Origin: Moniliella sp. 'wahieum'
Lineage: Eukaryota
Direction of reading: 5' to 3'
DNA length: 64,000 nt
Assembly: GCA_003971905.1 (NCBI GenBank)
Contig: RSEE01000031.1
Location: 434,001 to 498,000, forward strand
A model generated the notes under the pieces. That model did no database searches, was not told the origin of the DNA, and was given only the letters and a program-made list of their open reading frames with translations. Numbering within the stretch: position 1 is the stretch's first letter; each line of letters opens with the position of its first letter. A program made the position numbers and the translations under genes. Of the stretch, positions 36,929 through 50,166 are shown in pieces.

Positions 36929-39900
36929 ATGTCGTCCACCCCGTCGCCAATGTACCCACGCAACCCATCCTCCCCCTGGACGCCCTGGGCCTCGGTCCAG
37001 CCCGACTTGAGCGCCGCCGCCGCCGCCATTCCATCCGCCCACCCCGAGTTCGCATCCGCCGCCCGCCCCGCGCCCCCCAGCACCACTGCCTCGGATGACG
37101 ACGAGAGCGAAAGCGACGCAACCAACTCGGATGTCTTCCCCGACCCCGAACCGCACACCGCCCCGATCAACAGCTGCACCAGCGCAATCAGCACAACTCT
37201 CGCCCCAGTAAAAGCCCCGCCCGCTCCTTCCGCGACGACGACCGCGCCACGTCGGGCGCCAGTGCCGACCAGAATTCCCCCTCGGCCATCGCACTTGGCA
37301 CGTCCGCCTCCCCACCCGCCCCTCACAAGGCAAGCGCCGCCGAGGCGCAGTCGCGTGCACCGCCTGTCGCCGCCTCAAAATGCGCTGCACAGGCATCGAC
37401 AAGGGCCCTCCCTGTGCGCGATGCAAGACGTCGGGAACCGAGTGTGTGTTTGAGATCCCTGTCCGGGTCCGCAAGGGCTCCAAGGCCAAGAAGATCGAAC
37501 TCATGGCCGCCTCGCTGGAGAAGATGGAACAAACGTTGGCGGTGGTGCTTCGGAACATCCATCCCAAGCCGGGGCCAGCCGGACCAACCCCTAACCCTGC
37601 CTCCACCTCCACTGCTGACCCTTTGGCTTCCAACCAAATCACCCACACCGCGCCTTCCGAGTCCGCTGATGTACCGGCTCGCCGGCGGAGCTTGCCAGTA
37701 GGATCTACCCTTGCCCCCCACTGGCAGCCTGCGGTTGTCTTGTCCACCTCGCAACCCGGTTCCGCTCGAGTCCAACAGCCCAGGGCGAGCGATTCTGATC
37801 GCTCCGTATCAGACCATCGGACCGACCAGCCAGAGGCCACCTCGGCTTCTCGCCATGCCAGCATGAGAGTGGAAGATCCAACACTAGCCTCACCGGTTCG
37901 TCGGGGCAGCCAAAGATGGGCACAAACGAGGATTTTCCTGATTCGCCTGTCATTACCCAACAGCCGTGTCCAGGTTAGGATTGCATCGCATGCCGGGCCA
38001 TGGGTTGAATCCGCTGGGTCTGTTGGCCGAGGCTAGCTTGGGCACCTTATCCAGGCCCGCTGATCGTCCCTCTACCCTCCGCCTCCGCATGGGATGCCGA
38101 TCCGGGTATGCACCCCTCCCTCCCGAGGACCAAGTTCCTTTCATGGACCCCGACCGAGGATGCAAGCAGCCGGGCCCGTTAGGTGTAGCCAATCGCAATT
38201 ACTTTCGTCCTGGATTTATCGAGCAGCTTTGTGCGCAAGGTTTATCGAACGGGAGCTGCCGCCGACGCTGCTAGACGATGGATGGGTTACCCTCGATGAA
38301 CTGACCGACTTGTTCCGTATTTTCGCCACGTGCAACCATTTTGCCGCTGTCCTGGATCCCAGCTTGCACACACCTAACTTGGTCCGTTCCCGTTCGCCCT
38401 TTTTGTTCGCAGTGATTACCATGATTGCCTCCAAGTTTACATGCAGCGCCCCGACCTGCACAGTAAGGCACTTGAGTATGTGAAGCGGTGCAGCACTATG
38501 ATCTTGGAGAATGGGTGGAAGAGCATGGAGATCTCCCAAGGCTATCTTCTTCTCTCTCTATGGGGTCGTCGCCGAGCTTTGAGCAGGACAAAACTTGGTT
38601 CTACTCGGGCTTGGGCATCCGTATGGCGACCGACATCAACCTCGATCGCCCTTTGCCCCCGGGAACCCGCTTTTCCCCCTCCTTGGACACGTTGACCAAC
38701 AGCGGGACGTGCTGAATCGCGAACGGACGTGGATCCTGCTTTATTGTGGACCGGATGATGGCGTCGCACATGGCAAGTCGTCCACTGTACAGGAGGACAA
38801 GATTATTGGTTCGGTTCGGACGTGGTGCATGCAGCACCTCTCTCAACCATGGGACGTGGGGGTAGCCGGGCTGACAGAGCTGCATCGCATCCAATCCAAG
38901 CAGATGGACTTTCTGCACACATCCATGCCCTCGCTTGCGTGTGAGGCTGACTTTGCTTCTGTCATCCGCATGTTCAATCACCAGCTCGACGAGTGGCGCC
39001 AATTGTGGCATTTTGAAGATCTGCTACGTCAGTACCAGTCCCAACAGCCCGAGGGGCAAGCCGAAAAGCAGACCATGTACACTGCCGATGGCTTCCAAGA
39101 CCTTCCCCCCAGCCCGCTGGGAGGCCCCGGCGTAAACGATACGCCCCGCCTCTTTTCCCTCGAAGGACAAAGCGGCTCGCGAGGAAGCGTCCGCCATCTC
39201 CAAATTCTCAGTCAAGGCACGAACGACACCAGCTTCACCCTCGGCACCCCACCCCCCGAAAGCCAAATGGTTGCCCGAGCGCTCTACTTTTTGGTCCGTG
39301 TCGGGCCGTTGCGGTACCACTACGGAGTGCTGTTGCTCAACTCGTTTGGCTGCAACGGTTCTTGGACCAGCCCTCGACAACAGAGGTGGAGAAGCCAATG
39401 TGTACGTTGATCTGTTCTGTGAGGAGCTGACCTGTTGGCTAACTAGTTTGTGTCTGTCTCTCCTCCTTGGTGGTACCGGAACCTAGACTATTATCTGTGC
39501 AAAAACGCTGCCTTGTCTATCATCAAGTGTGCTGCCAGCTTGGGACCCGAACTACGTACGCGCCCGACTCGCAGTTCCTCATGATTGCGTACGCGGCGGT
39601 CTTCTTGATAAAGGTACGTCTTTTTCCAGAGAGTGTCTGTACTCTGTTGGATAGCAGTTGACCTGTTGCTCTGCTGCACCTTCTGGTCCATCCCCTTCCT
39701 TCTTTTTTTTCAGTTGGCGCGCCCCGTCTTTGCCGGGTACAGCAACCCGGTGATCTGCTGCCTTGGTCATGCGTCTGCAAACTTTTTTGCCACGATCGCA
39801 GTTAGCGAATCGCACACGCCTTACCTCTACGCCACTTTTCTCAAGACTGTGCTCGCGGCTCATGATGGTCGTACCGATTCGCCGCAACGCAGGTGCCCAG

Positions 39901-40371
39901 CAGCGTGCCTCCCCTCGCTCACCTCTTTAGCCTCCCTCCCTCAACCGCTGAGTCTTCAACTCGGGCGAACCAGGCACCGTGGCGCCCGCCCCGGCTGAGG
40001 CGACCGATGTACCTACCGCTACCGCTCGCTGCTGACCCCGCCCGAAACAGTTTGTGGCCCCCGACCAACCCCTCGAGTCCTCGACTGGGGCACGCAGCCT
40101 CGGCGCAGTTCTTGATGGGTCTGCCGCGCATGCCAGGAGGAAGGGACGATGGCTTGTTGGCTGCCAATTTGCTGCCTCGCACCCAATGGCCGTCCAACCG
40201 CCCGTCCAAGTCAACCCCGATGAACTGATGGACGACGATTTTTGGTCTTCCCTGTTACCCCCGGGCTTTGGCGCTCTGCCCACACTGTCCTCCCCGGGTG
40301 GCACCCCACTTGTGTCTACCCCTTCTGCTCGGGCTGCCGAAGCGGGACCGGGTTCGTCGCTACCGGGATGA
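36929..40371 (+). CDS. Zn(II)2Cys6 fungal transcription factor, PriB-like
   Basis: RGAVACTACRRLKMRCTG...PCARCKTSGTEC; PriB-type LNPLGLLAEASL and GVANRNYFRPG; middle homology region (RSRSPFLFAVI, KTWFYSGLGIRMATDINL, LNRERTWILLY, YAPDSQFLMIAYAAVFLIK). Intron at about 39614-39713. The 3' end is approximate. Confidence 0.85.
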
Positions 40372-41057
40372 CGACTTGGCAACCAGCCACCTCTTCGGAC
40401 TCTTCGACTCCGGTGCGTGCGGGTGCGGGGCCGGGGGCAGGGCCGGTCCGCGTCGGATCGTCGACTCAGATGCCGGCTGCTCGGCACTGGCGCGGCGCCG
40501 CAGCCACCACGGCGTACGGCACCCCGCAGAGTTGGTTCTCCTTCCCGCCCTTTGCCACCTATGGAGGAGGGGGCTGAAGCAGCAGACGGTGGGGCTGGTG
40601 AGCAATAATGCATGAATGTAAAGCCATCGACGCAATCGGCGTGGCAGCGCTTGTTGCGCCCGCTGCCCGCGTGGCGCGCCGCCACACACAGCGGGGTAAA
40701 TCTCTTGGGTCCCCGAGGCGTGCGGGCGGAATGCGTGCCATCCGTTCCGCCCGGCGGAGGGCTGGCGCACTGGGCAGGCACAAAAAAAAAAAAAGCAGCT
40801 TGTCAGACAGCAGCCCGGCGCGCTGGCGGGGCACGGCGGGGCCAATGTGTGCTTGGAGCCAACACCTGCCGCTGCGTTCCTCACGCCTATTCTGCTGCCC
40901 CCCCATGGCCAGCCCCTCCCCCCGCACCCCCGCGCGCGCCGCCGCGCCGCCCAGGCCACGCAGTCCCCTCCGTCCCTCTGCTGCCGCCCACGCTCCCGCC
41001 CCCTCGTCCGGCTTGGCCGCCTCCTCCTTCTCCTCTTCTCTGCCCCGCCCCCCAGCG

Positions 41058-42870
41058 ATGGTACGTGCTGTCCCCCTCTTGCGCATCTGTCTGTGGCGGC
41101 CCACTGATCTGCCGTCTGCTTAGCCCTCGGCCTCTGGTCCGCCCGCTGCTCCGCCACCGCCGCTCCCCTTTGCGTCGGTCCAGTGGCACCCCGCCTTCCG
41201 CCGCCTGTGCCTCAGGTCGCATCCAGCTTTGCCTCCTTGGTCAGCCTCATCCCCACCCGCTACTACCTTCCCCGCGCCGACCCCACCTCCACCGCCTCCA
41301 CTGCCTCCACTGCCTCCGCCGCCTCCGCCGCCTCCTCTTGCTCCACCGCCACAGCCATCCCTCCCCCCATTTCCCTCGCCCTCCCCTCGCCCCCCCCAGT
41401 GCCAGTGCCAGTGCCAGTGCCCCCTCAGCGCAAGTGGCCACCCCCGACTGGCCCCCACCCCCGCGCCCCGCTGCCACAAATAATAAGCAGCCCAGCTGTC
41501 CAAATTGGAGCGGACTCACAAGCTGGTGCCGCCACTGCCAATGGCTGCGACGCGGGGGGTAGCCCCTGCTGCTACGCCTTGGCCACCGTACCGGCACAGT
41601 GCAGCTGCGCTGCTCGATTCCCAGATGGGGGGACAGGGAAGAGGAAGGGGAAGAAGAGAGCGAAAATGAGTCTCTCCCTTTTGTTGTGGACGAGGAGGAG
41701 GAGGTGAGGATGCACAATGGGGACGACTGTTTTGTGCGCAAACGGAAACGCAGTGCCGACGATGACGCATCGACCGCGGCGACGGAAACGGAACCGACGG
41801 AGCGGGTCGAGGGAGGGCCAAGTGGATCAGGTGCGAGCACGGGGGATCTACGTGCTCGTCTGCAGGCGCGCATTGCGGCGTTGCGCGCTACGCGAAAAGG
41901 GCGTGGGGAGGAGCGGACAGCAGGCCTGGAGCAGGCGCCAACTGGCAGTGTGGCCGACTTGTTGGCCCAACGCAGGCGGCGGGGCGAGATGCGGGATCGG
42001 CGACGAAGGGAACGGAAAGAAGCTCGTCGTGCAGCGGCAGTCACCGCGGCCGCCGCCGCGGCAGCCGCTGCCTCGGCGCCCGCTTCAAGTCCGTGCGCTT
42101 CCTTGGTCTCGTGCGCTTCGCCTGCCTTCTCTGCTCCGTCCGCTCGCTCGCCCATGGTCGAGTTCAGTTTCAAGCACCCTCTTCTCTGGGTTCCAGAACC
42201 TGTTGTCCCTGATTCCCACGCCGCGTCAGAACCAGCTGCGGAGACAAACCAGCATCCCAGTCACGACATGGAGAAGAAACAGGAACCTTCTGTGGCCGAG
42301 GTGGACGCCAGAGAAGAACGCCATGCGGTAGCTGACCCCCCTCCTGCCACACAACCGGGTTTTCTGTCGGAACGTGCAAGTACCTTGCCCGTTGTTCCTT
42401 CTCGCAAGCCCAAGGCGGAGCGCAAGGCGGGCAAACGAGGTGGGGCAGGACCGGGGACAAGCAAGGAGACGGGGGACAAAGAATCATGCCTGCAGGGCGA
42501 AGTGCCTGGGCGGGATCTACAGCCCAGCGCCCACAAAGATCGGTCCAAGGGCAAAGCCAACCCGCCGATCGGGGCTGAACGCAACCAGGTGGGTGCCGAG
42601 GGCGCTCAGTCACACGCAGAACATACGCAACCAGCGCAACACACACCCCAAGCGCCACCTACCCAACCCGGACAACCCACGCACCCATCACGATCAGCCA
42701 AGCAAACCACTAAGCATGGACCCAAGTCGCTGCCCAACCGAAAAGTTTCTTCCTCTTCCTCCCGCCCCCTCGTGACCAAGGCCAAGACCAAAGCTGCTCG
42801 ACCTGGCTTTGAGGGAAGGGCATCGGCCTTTCGCGCTCGAGCAGTGGCCCGCAAAAAGGGACACAAGTAA
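41058..42870 (+). CDS. RRP14: Rrp14/SURF6-like nucleolar ribosome biogenesis protein
   Basis: FASLVSLIPTRYY (Rrp14 N-terminal motif), LRARLQARIAALRATRK, LLAQRRRRGEMRDRRRRERKE, C-terminal RPGFEGR. The ATG is probably followed directly by an intron at 41061-41123. Confidence 0.72.
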
Positions 42871-44094
42871 AGCATATGGGAGGGCTACCGCTTCCCCCCA
42901 CCCTACCTTCCTTACCCTCACCCTCCCCCCCCCCCCACGCCTCAACCTCACGCCGTCCTCTCAGATCTCATGCGTTTCCCAATATTCCTAGTACTGCTTG
43001 CATCATGGTCTATTCAGAACAATCATCTACCGCATTAAGGGGGTCGCTGTTGTACACGAAAAGGGTCGGTTGTGCTGTTGGAGTACAGGTTGCAGGTTAG
43101 GAACGACGTGGTGAACGGCAAGGAGCACCGACAATGGATTGCGGTGGCGATGGAGGAGGATGAAGGTGTGGAGGGTGCGAGAGGAACGAGGACGAAGTGG
43201 GAAAAGAAAGAGCGAGGTGTTTGATGCCAGGCGGCGGTGTAGCTTGGCTTGGCTGTTTGCAGACTGAGCACTGAGCCGTTTGGTGGGGGGGGTGCGAACT
43301 CGCGCACGACTTGCCAGGGACACCCGGGCCATTCCAACCCTCCAAAACGGGGCACTGTGCCCAGCTGATTCGGGCAGCGCCCGCCCCTGCCATCTTGACC
43401 CAAGATCTTGTCGTCAGACTACTAGTAGCACGTTATTGGTAAGCGACAACGGGACCCTGCAATTGCGCAACAGGACCTCCAACTTATTGCCCGTCACCTG
43501 GGCAACTCCAGCTACGTCTTTACCTTGCCCTCCCAATTGGACAAATGACCCATGGCAATCACATCCGGCCGGCGCTGCTTGAGGCGGTCAAATCGGCCCG
43601 CCTGCTGCCCCCTCCCCGAATGGGCTTCCAGATTGTGACCCGCAACGCCGCAAAGTAGCGGTCGTACCCCCAATCCGAATCGGTGCTCCTTGCCACCGAC
43701 GGCCCTAGTGTCCAGCTCCAAGTCTGCAAGCATGGCGGTCGCAGGCACCGTTAGGATGCCCTCTTCTGCCTCTTGATTCAGCGTTTGCGTCGGCGGGGGG
43801 CATTGGTATGGAGGCCATGCTGATCCAATCCGTGCGTCTGCCGGCCGACCGAGACGTAGTGGGGAGGCTGGTGTCGTTAAAACTGAGCTTGTTCGGTCGA
43901 TAGTCGATAACCTCGATGACCGGTGACCGATCAGATAGATGATCGATGATCGATGACCATCATTAATCATTGATCGAATTGATTGCTATTCTCCAGTGAT
44001 GAGGAGTGATGTCTGCCCTGCCATCCGCCATCTGCCCCCAGCCACTGCTACCCCACCTGGCTGGCGCCGCCCCCCTTGGCCTCGACGAGCCGCG

Positions 44095-47000
44095 ATGGAT
44101 GCTGAGGCCGGGTCTCGCCATGGGCCTGGCCAGGACTTGCTCGAGCGCCTCGAGATTGAGGAGATGCTCGGTACCTTCCCGCCTTGCGTCCCGCCGTGCA
44201 TGAGGATGCGCCCGCCGCCCCCTCAGCAGGTCTGCCGAGGTATTAGTGCGTGAGCGCATTCTACCCTCGACTCCGCCTGGCCCGCCACCAGCCGATGAGC
44301 ACCAGCATTGGATCGAGGCGCCTTCCACTCCTGTCGAAAGCCACACGGACGATGAAGACGGGGACGAACCCCGTTGCCGCGTATGTCTGACTGGCAACGA
44401 CCCCTTTGCCGACGATGGGGCTGGTGGCGTGCTGGGCCCCCTGATTGCGCCCTGTCTCTGCAGTGGCTCGGTGGCCTGGATCCACGTTGGATGCCTGAAC
44501 CGTTGGCGACACTCCTCTACCAGCTCTACGGCTTCCGCTGCGTGTCCCCAATGTAGTATGCGCTATCGCTTTTCTCCCCCTCGCGGGGGCTCGGCAGCCG
44601 TTTGGGCGATTTACTGCAAGCCGCTACGGCTGTTGCCGCGGCATTGCTGCCTTGGGGCTGTCTTTATGCCTAGGTCTGGTGGCTGTCTCGGCTATTCCAC
44701 TTTTGGGACACTGGGCACCCACCACCTCTGCCCTCCAAACGTTGGCCTCCCCGCCCCAGCTCACGTACAGCATTCATCTCGCCGACACCCGGCCGTTGAT
44801 CACCATCACCCACTATGGCCCCGGCCGTCCTGGCGACTCGCTCAATTGGCGTCGCGAACCAACCGGCTCGCTTGCTCGCTCAAGCTTGGACGCGATCCGG
44901 CGTGTGTTCGAGTCGAAGCGGAGGGACCCTGTATGGGTGGAGCTGCCTGAGCCCTGGAGGTTGCAAGATACCTCCGACCCGCTGCTTGTCCAGCTTGTAC
45001 CTCGGAGCCGAGTCCTTCGCCATCAACGAAGTTCTCCCCAGTTTCCTTTTTCCTATCGCTTTTCCCTTCGCGCCTGAAGGCCACCAACGTGCCCCCGCAA
45101 TCTCCTCGCTGAACCCTTTATCCAAAGAGCAAGACTACTTGGCGTTGCCCCTGTTCCACGTTACGGAAGAAGATGCGCAGGACGACCTTTCGTTTTGGGG
45201 GGGGACCCGCGCCCTGTACGGTATCCAGCCGACCTGGATATTGATAGTCTGATCGAAGCTAGCACCGCCCCACCGACTGCTCCTCCGACCAGCTGTCCGT
45301 TCTGGCGCAGCCCAGCGAGATACCGTGCCTTACCTTCGTCAGGTCACCATTCGCATATCTACACGGCCACCTTTAACACGCATCCGGAACGGTCGATGCG
45401 TGCTGATCATGGGAAAACCGCATGGGTTGCCGGTGCACGACGAAAGCTGGTCGCGAGAACCGGATGCGTCTGAGTGCCGGACCGCATGGATCGCTTCCTC
45501 GGCCTCGCGCTGGGGGCGTGGGTGCTCAGGCTTGGGCTTCAGGTCGCGGGGGTATTTTTGTCCGAAGGAGGCAGGGCGTTGGTGGATGGCTTGGCCCGCT
45601 CGGGGCCGGCATGCTCGCTATGTTTGATGCCCATCACTTACAATGGGACGGGTTGTTCCTACTAGCCCGGATCGCACTGCTAGGCTTGATGGCTCTCTTG
45701 TGCCAACAGTTTCAAGCTGCCGCACCACTCCCGCGCATCGTGCCTGGGCCCACGTGCCTGTCCGGTCGCGACAAAGAGTGGTGGCAGGATGGGTAGTGCA
45801 AGTGATTCTTGCGGCTGGGTCCGCCTTGCTGGGGCCCTACTGGGCCGACTGGTGGGGGGGCTACCCTTTGCTCGTGTACGGCCGGTCGGGTGTGGGACAA
45901 GAACTGCTCTTCACCCAGATCTTGGCCGGTTCACCGGGCCTGCCCATCATAGCTGATTCCCTGCTGACTCCGCTCGCGCGGGCAAGCACGACCGTCGCGC
46001 GGGTTCGGGCCGCCACTACATCCCGCTGGACCTCGGCGCCCTGGGCAGTGCCCAACGATACGGCAGCCGAGGTGTACGGCGCTTGGTGCGGGCTCTGTTG
46101 GACCGGCAGGACAGCTTGGCACAACGGACGCCTCTCGACGTCTACCGCGACTTGACGTGCACGACCACGTTGCCCGCAGGGCACATCAAGCCGTGGGATG
46201 CCGTGTCGGGGTAGCCCAGACGCAAGCAACGGACGCGTTGCCCTCCTTGCCCGTTTGCAAGCTGCAGCCACGCTGGGAGCCCCCCTGGTGGTGGCATTCG
46301 CATTGCTGCGCACTATGGTTTGGCTTGGTCATTCGCACCTCTGGATCTTTTGGGACCAAATCGTTCTCTCGTCCCGTCGCCTCGTTCGTGAGGGGACACA
46401 CGTCTTTTTGCTCGCATGTCCAGCACGCAAGCTCGTCCGCTGGCTTCCCTCCCATCTGCGCGTTTGGATGGGCTGTGGTGCCCCCACCCTCCCCAGGGTG
46501 CTGGCAGAGGGGGACCATGTCGGGGGGGCGATGCGACCCAACCCGTCGCGTGGCGTCGCGAACCGCCGACCGGCGCGACCGACCAAGGCAAGCCGACATT
46601 CACCTTCCATGGGCGCATTTGAGCTGGTATTGCAACTCGGGCCTCGCGCTCGGGCCGAAGAAGGGGCAGGGGGGGGTGGGGGGAGAAGGTGCAGAGGGAG
46701 CAGCAGGAATGATGGCGGATGGTCCGGTCGAGGTGGAGGAATTGGCAGAACAGTTGGCCGAGGTGGCACTCCAAGCGGACTGGTTGGCCGAAGCCCACAA
46801 CCTGCCCGTGTGGCAGATGGAATTGCGGAGCCTGGACGTGCGCGAGCGACGGCAGCTATGGTGCGAGCGGCCACTGTGGCCGGCTGCCTCTCCCTTGCCA
46901 TCTTCGCCGACGAACCACGGAGGTGCTCAGTGATCTGGTCAACCTGTATGGCTCGTTGGAGATCATCCTCAACCACGTCCGCGTCGCAGCTGTGTTGGGC

Positions 47001-47110
47001 CCCTTCTTGCCCCTCGCTCTCTTTTATACCCAGCTGCGCTCGGTCGAGACCAAACTGGTTCTGCACGCGAGGTCCTGGACCTTGCCACCCAGCGCCGCGC
47101 TAGGCGCTAG
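44095..47110 (+). CDS. RING-CH (RINGv/MARCH-type) membrane E3 ubiquitin ligase
   Basis: C4HC3 finger CRVCL...LIAPCLCSGSVAWIHVGCLNRWR...CPQC at about 44374-44555, followed by several hydrophobic segments. The C-terminal extent is uncertain because of many indels. Confidence 0.7.
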
Positions 47111-47651
47111 CTCTTGACGCTTGAAACTTGTCCCCGCTGTCTTCTTCTGTGTATTAGTGTGCGCTCGTGGGCCACGGACGTTGGACGATCGAGCAGCCTG
47201 ATGATTTTGTTTCGTCTGTGTGTACTGCTGCATATCCATTGTCGCCCTATCTCTTTCCAGTGTGTCTATGCAGTTTGTCCTCCGTTAGCCACTCTGGGTC
47301 CGGGGGGCCTGGCCCATCCCAGTCAGGCCGGGTGTGCTCTTCTCCCGACGGACCCCGCAGTGGGTGGCGAAAAGACGACCAAGTCCAACCAAGGACAATG
47401 GGGTAGGGTTATGGGGCGAGTTGCGCAGGCGGCTAATCCAGGTGGCGCCATTGCTGCAGCGCAGCCAGCCGGCTAAACCCGATCACACAGTTTAACCCAG
47501 CACGCGCACGGCGCCTGTGTGGCCCATGGCCGCCTGCGCTGAGTGCCCAGACTGTACTGTCCAAACCAAGCACGCTGGCCGGGGTGCTCCCGGTGCTCCC
47601 CGCCGTTGGCCATCCGCCTGACAGAACATAAAGCCTGCCCGACGGCTGCGG

Positions 47652-49571
47652 ATGGCCTTTGCCTTCCGCCTCCACCGCCCCTCGGCCTCGCTTGTGCCTG
47701 CCATGCTTGTCCGCCTGCCTGTGCGCCCCCGCTCTGCGCCGCTGGCTCTGCCCGCGGCACGCGCCTGCCCCCCCGCCCCGCGGTGGCCCGTGCGCTGCAC
47801 ACCTCCAAACCCTTGACGACCGGCCAGCTGGTGCGCGCCGGCGTGCTGGGCACGCTCGTGCTCGGCGCCGTTGCTTCCTGGCTCCTGCCCACCACGCCCC
47901 ACTCGCACAAGGACGCGTTCCACACCGAGCTCGATGCCAAGCCCCCGCCCGGGACTGGCGCGCCGCCGGTGCACGACCTGCCCGCGGCGCTGCGGGAGAT
48001 TGAGGCGGCGTTGGAACCGAGCCAGATTACGCTCAAAAATGGAAACCGATGCCCATGGCTCGTCGCCTTGGTCCACCTTTCTACCCGCCGCATGCGGCCA
48101 TTGTGTTCCCCCGCTCGACGGAGGACGTGGTGGCGGTGGTGCAGGCGTGTTCGAAGTACAATGTGCCCATTGTGCCCTATGGCGGTGGCACCTCCCTCGA
48201 GGGCCACACGTCCGGCCCCGACCCCAAGTTGGATGGACGGGGCAGCATTTGCTCGACTTTGTGCAGATGAAGTCCATCCTTCGTCTCTCCGAGGTCGATG
48301 GGGACGTGACGGTGCAACCGGGGATTGGATGGGAGGAGCTCAACGAGGAGCTGGCACGGCGTGGCACGGGCCTCTTTTTCCCCATTGACCCTGGGCCAAC
48401 CAGCATTGGGGGCATGGCGGCCACCGGATGCAGTGGCACGAACGCGGTGCGGTACGGGACGATGAAGGGGGACCATGTGCTGAGTGTGACGGTGGTGTTG
48501 CCCACGGGGGAGGTGGTGACGACGCGCTCGCGCGCACGCAAGTCTTCCGTTGGTCCGACCTGACCAAACTCTTCCTCGGCTCCGAGGCGACACTGGGGGT
48601 GATTGTGGCGCTACGCTGCGCCTGGAACCAGTGCTTCCGAAAGCAGTCGTCGTAGCTACCTTCCCCACCGTCGAAGCGCCGTGGCGGCATCCGGTGCGAT
48701 CCTCAAGTCGGGCATGCAGCCCCAATGTGTCGAGCTGATGGATGCCGCCATGGTAGGCGCCGTCAACCGCGCTGCCGCCGACGACCCCGACGCGCCCCAT
48801 TTGCCGGGGGGAGAGAAACCAACAATCTTTGTCAAACTTCAAGGTCCTACCCCAAGCACATTGCCGCCGATTGGGAATTGGCCGAGCAACTGCTCCAGCA
48901 CATGGCCCGGCCACATCCAGTACGGCGATGATCAGCAGCAAATCGATCGTCTCTGGCGCGCGCGCAAGGTCGGCCTCTGGTCCGCCATGTCGTACCCCAA
49001 GCCCGTGGAACCCGAGGCAGAGGATGCCGAGGACCGCTTCGGCCCTGGCGCGCTGGGTGACGGATGTGTGTGCCAGTGGGCCAGCTGCCCGAACTGATCC
49101 AGCGCGTGTCGAACGACATTGAGGAGCAGAAGTTGTATGGCCCGGTCCTGGGCCACGTTGGCGATGGCAACTTTGTACGTCCCCCCTCCCCCCCCAACCC
49201 GCGCGCGGTTTTCTCGTATATGGCGTATTGGGCAATTGGGAATCCGAGCCCGAGTGGGCAGGATAAACTGACTGACTGACTCGGCTCTGCACAGCACTCG
49301 CTCCTGATCTATCGCGAGCGGGACGCGGCAACGTTGGCCAGGGTGAAGGAGGTGGTGCAGGATGGTCCGGCACGCGCAAGATCTCGATGGTACGGCCACG
49401 GGCGAACATGGGGTGGGGATTGGCAAAAAGGAGTTCCTTGAGCACGAGCTGGGCAAGGGTACCCTCACCCTGTACCGAACCATCATGAACCAGATCGACC
49501 CGCTCAACATTATGAACCCGGGCAAACTCGTCGATGCCGACCCAGCGCTGCAAAACGTCGAGTTGAACTAA
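47652..49571 (+). CDS. DLD1: Mitochondrial D-lactate dehydrogenase (cytochrome), FAD-linked oxidase family
   Basis: Presequence-like N-terminus; IVFPRSTEDVV...IVPYGGGTSLEGH; FFPIDPGP.SIGGMAATGCSGTNAVRYGTMK; GHVGDGNF/H (intron 49175-49294); GTATGEHGVGIGKK; DPLNIMNPGK. Confidence 0.92.
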
Positions 49572-50006
49572 GGCAAGCCAAGTGAACAGATTGGTTTCCT
49601 CGGTAGGTGTCGGACCAGGACCCAGAACCGAGGACCGAGCACCGAGCATCAGGGGGATGGCCCTGCCCGCCGCGCGCGTGGCGTAGTGGCGTAGTAGCGT
49701 AGTAGCGTGCATGCACCTACCTTGCCAGCCGCTTGCCCTCAAAATGACACTGTACTATCTCATGCTGGAGATGGGAACCCAACTATAATGCACCGATATG
49801 CACCCAATGCACCCAATGCATCTGCCTCTTTCTTGTCCCTTCTCCCATGGCATATCATGTGTCCTCCGCGATCCATCTTTCTTGTCCTCCCAGCATCCCA
49901 GGACCCACCCTTCGGTCCCAGCCAGCCGTAGCGTTTTACTTTCCCCCCCACACACAGGGGCGCGGACCCTCGCGCTGGAAACAGATACGACGTAGATGAT
50001 TGATAA

Positions 50007-50166
50007 TGTCGGCCTCGCTACTACCACAGAATGTGAGCACTGAACGTCGTATTGGACTAAGAAGCTTCTGCGACTGACTCGTCCAGAAGACTGGTGCGAG
50101 CTCGGAAGGAATGAAAGCTGACTCACGTGACTCAGGGTCCGCGCGGTCCTAGGACGGATGTCAACA
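50007..50166 (-). repeat. 3' LTR of the copia element (160 bp)
   Basis: Minus strand TGTTGACA...CCGACA; matches 54910-55068 except for one extra C. Confidence 0.96.

Noticed and set aside
43048..43472. TGTTG...CAACA segment resembling another solo LTR
   Set aside because: The flanks GTCGC and GGACC do not form a TSD, and there is no second copy in the window.
49569..49600. Cryptic peroxisomal PTS1 by stop readthrough in DLD1, or in the nitronate monooxygenase at 13243
   Set aside because: The stops are TAA GGC and TAG TAA, not the TGA CTA context. The monooxygenase has a second stop immediately, and no SKL-like extension follows DLD1 closely.
49755..50126. 123-aa ORF sharing its N-terminus with the gag-containing ORF
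   Set aside because: It is an artefact of the duplicated LTR sequence, starting at GTG.
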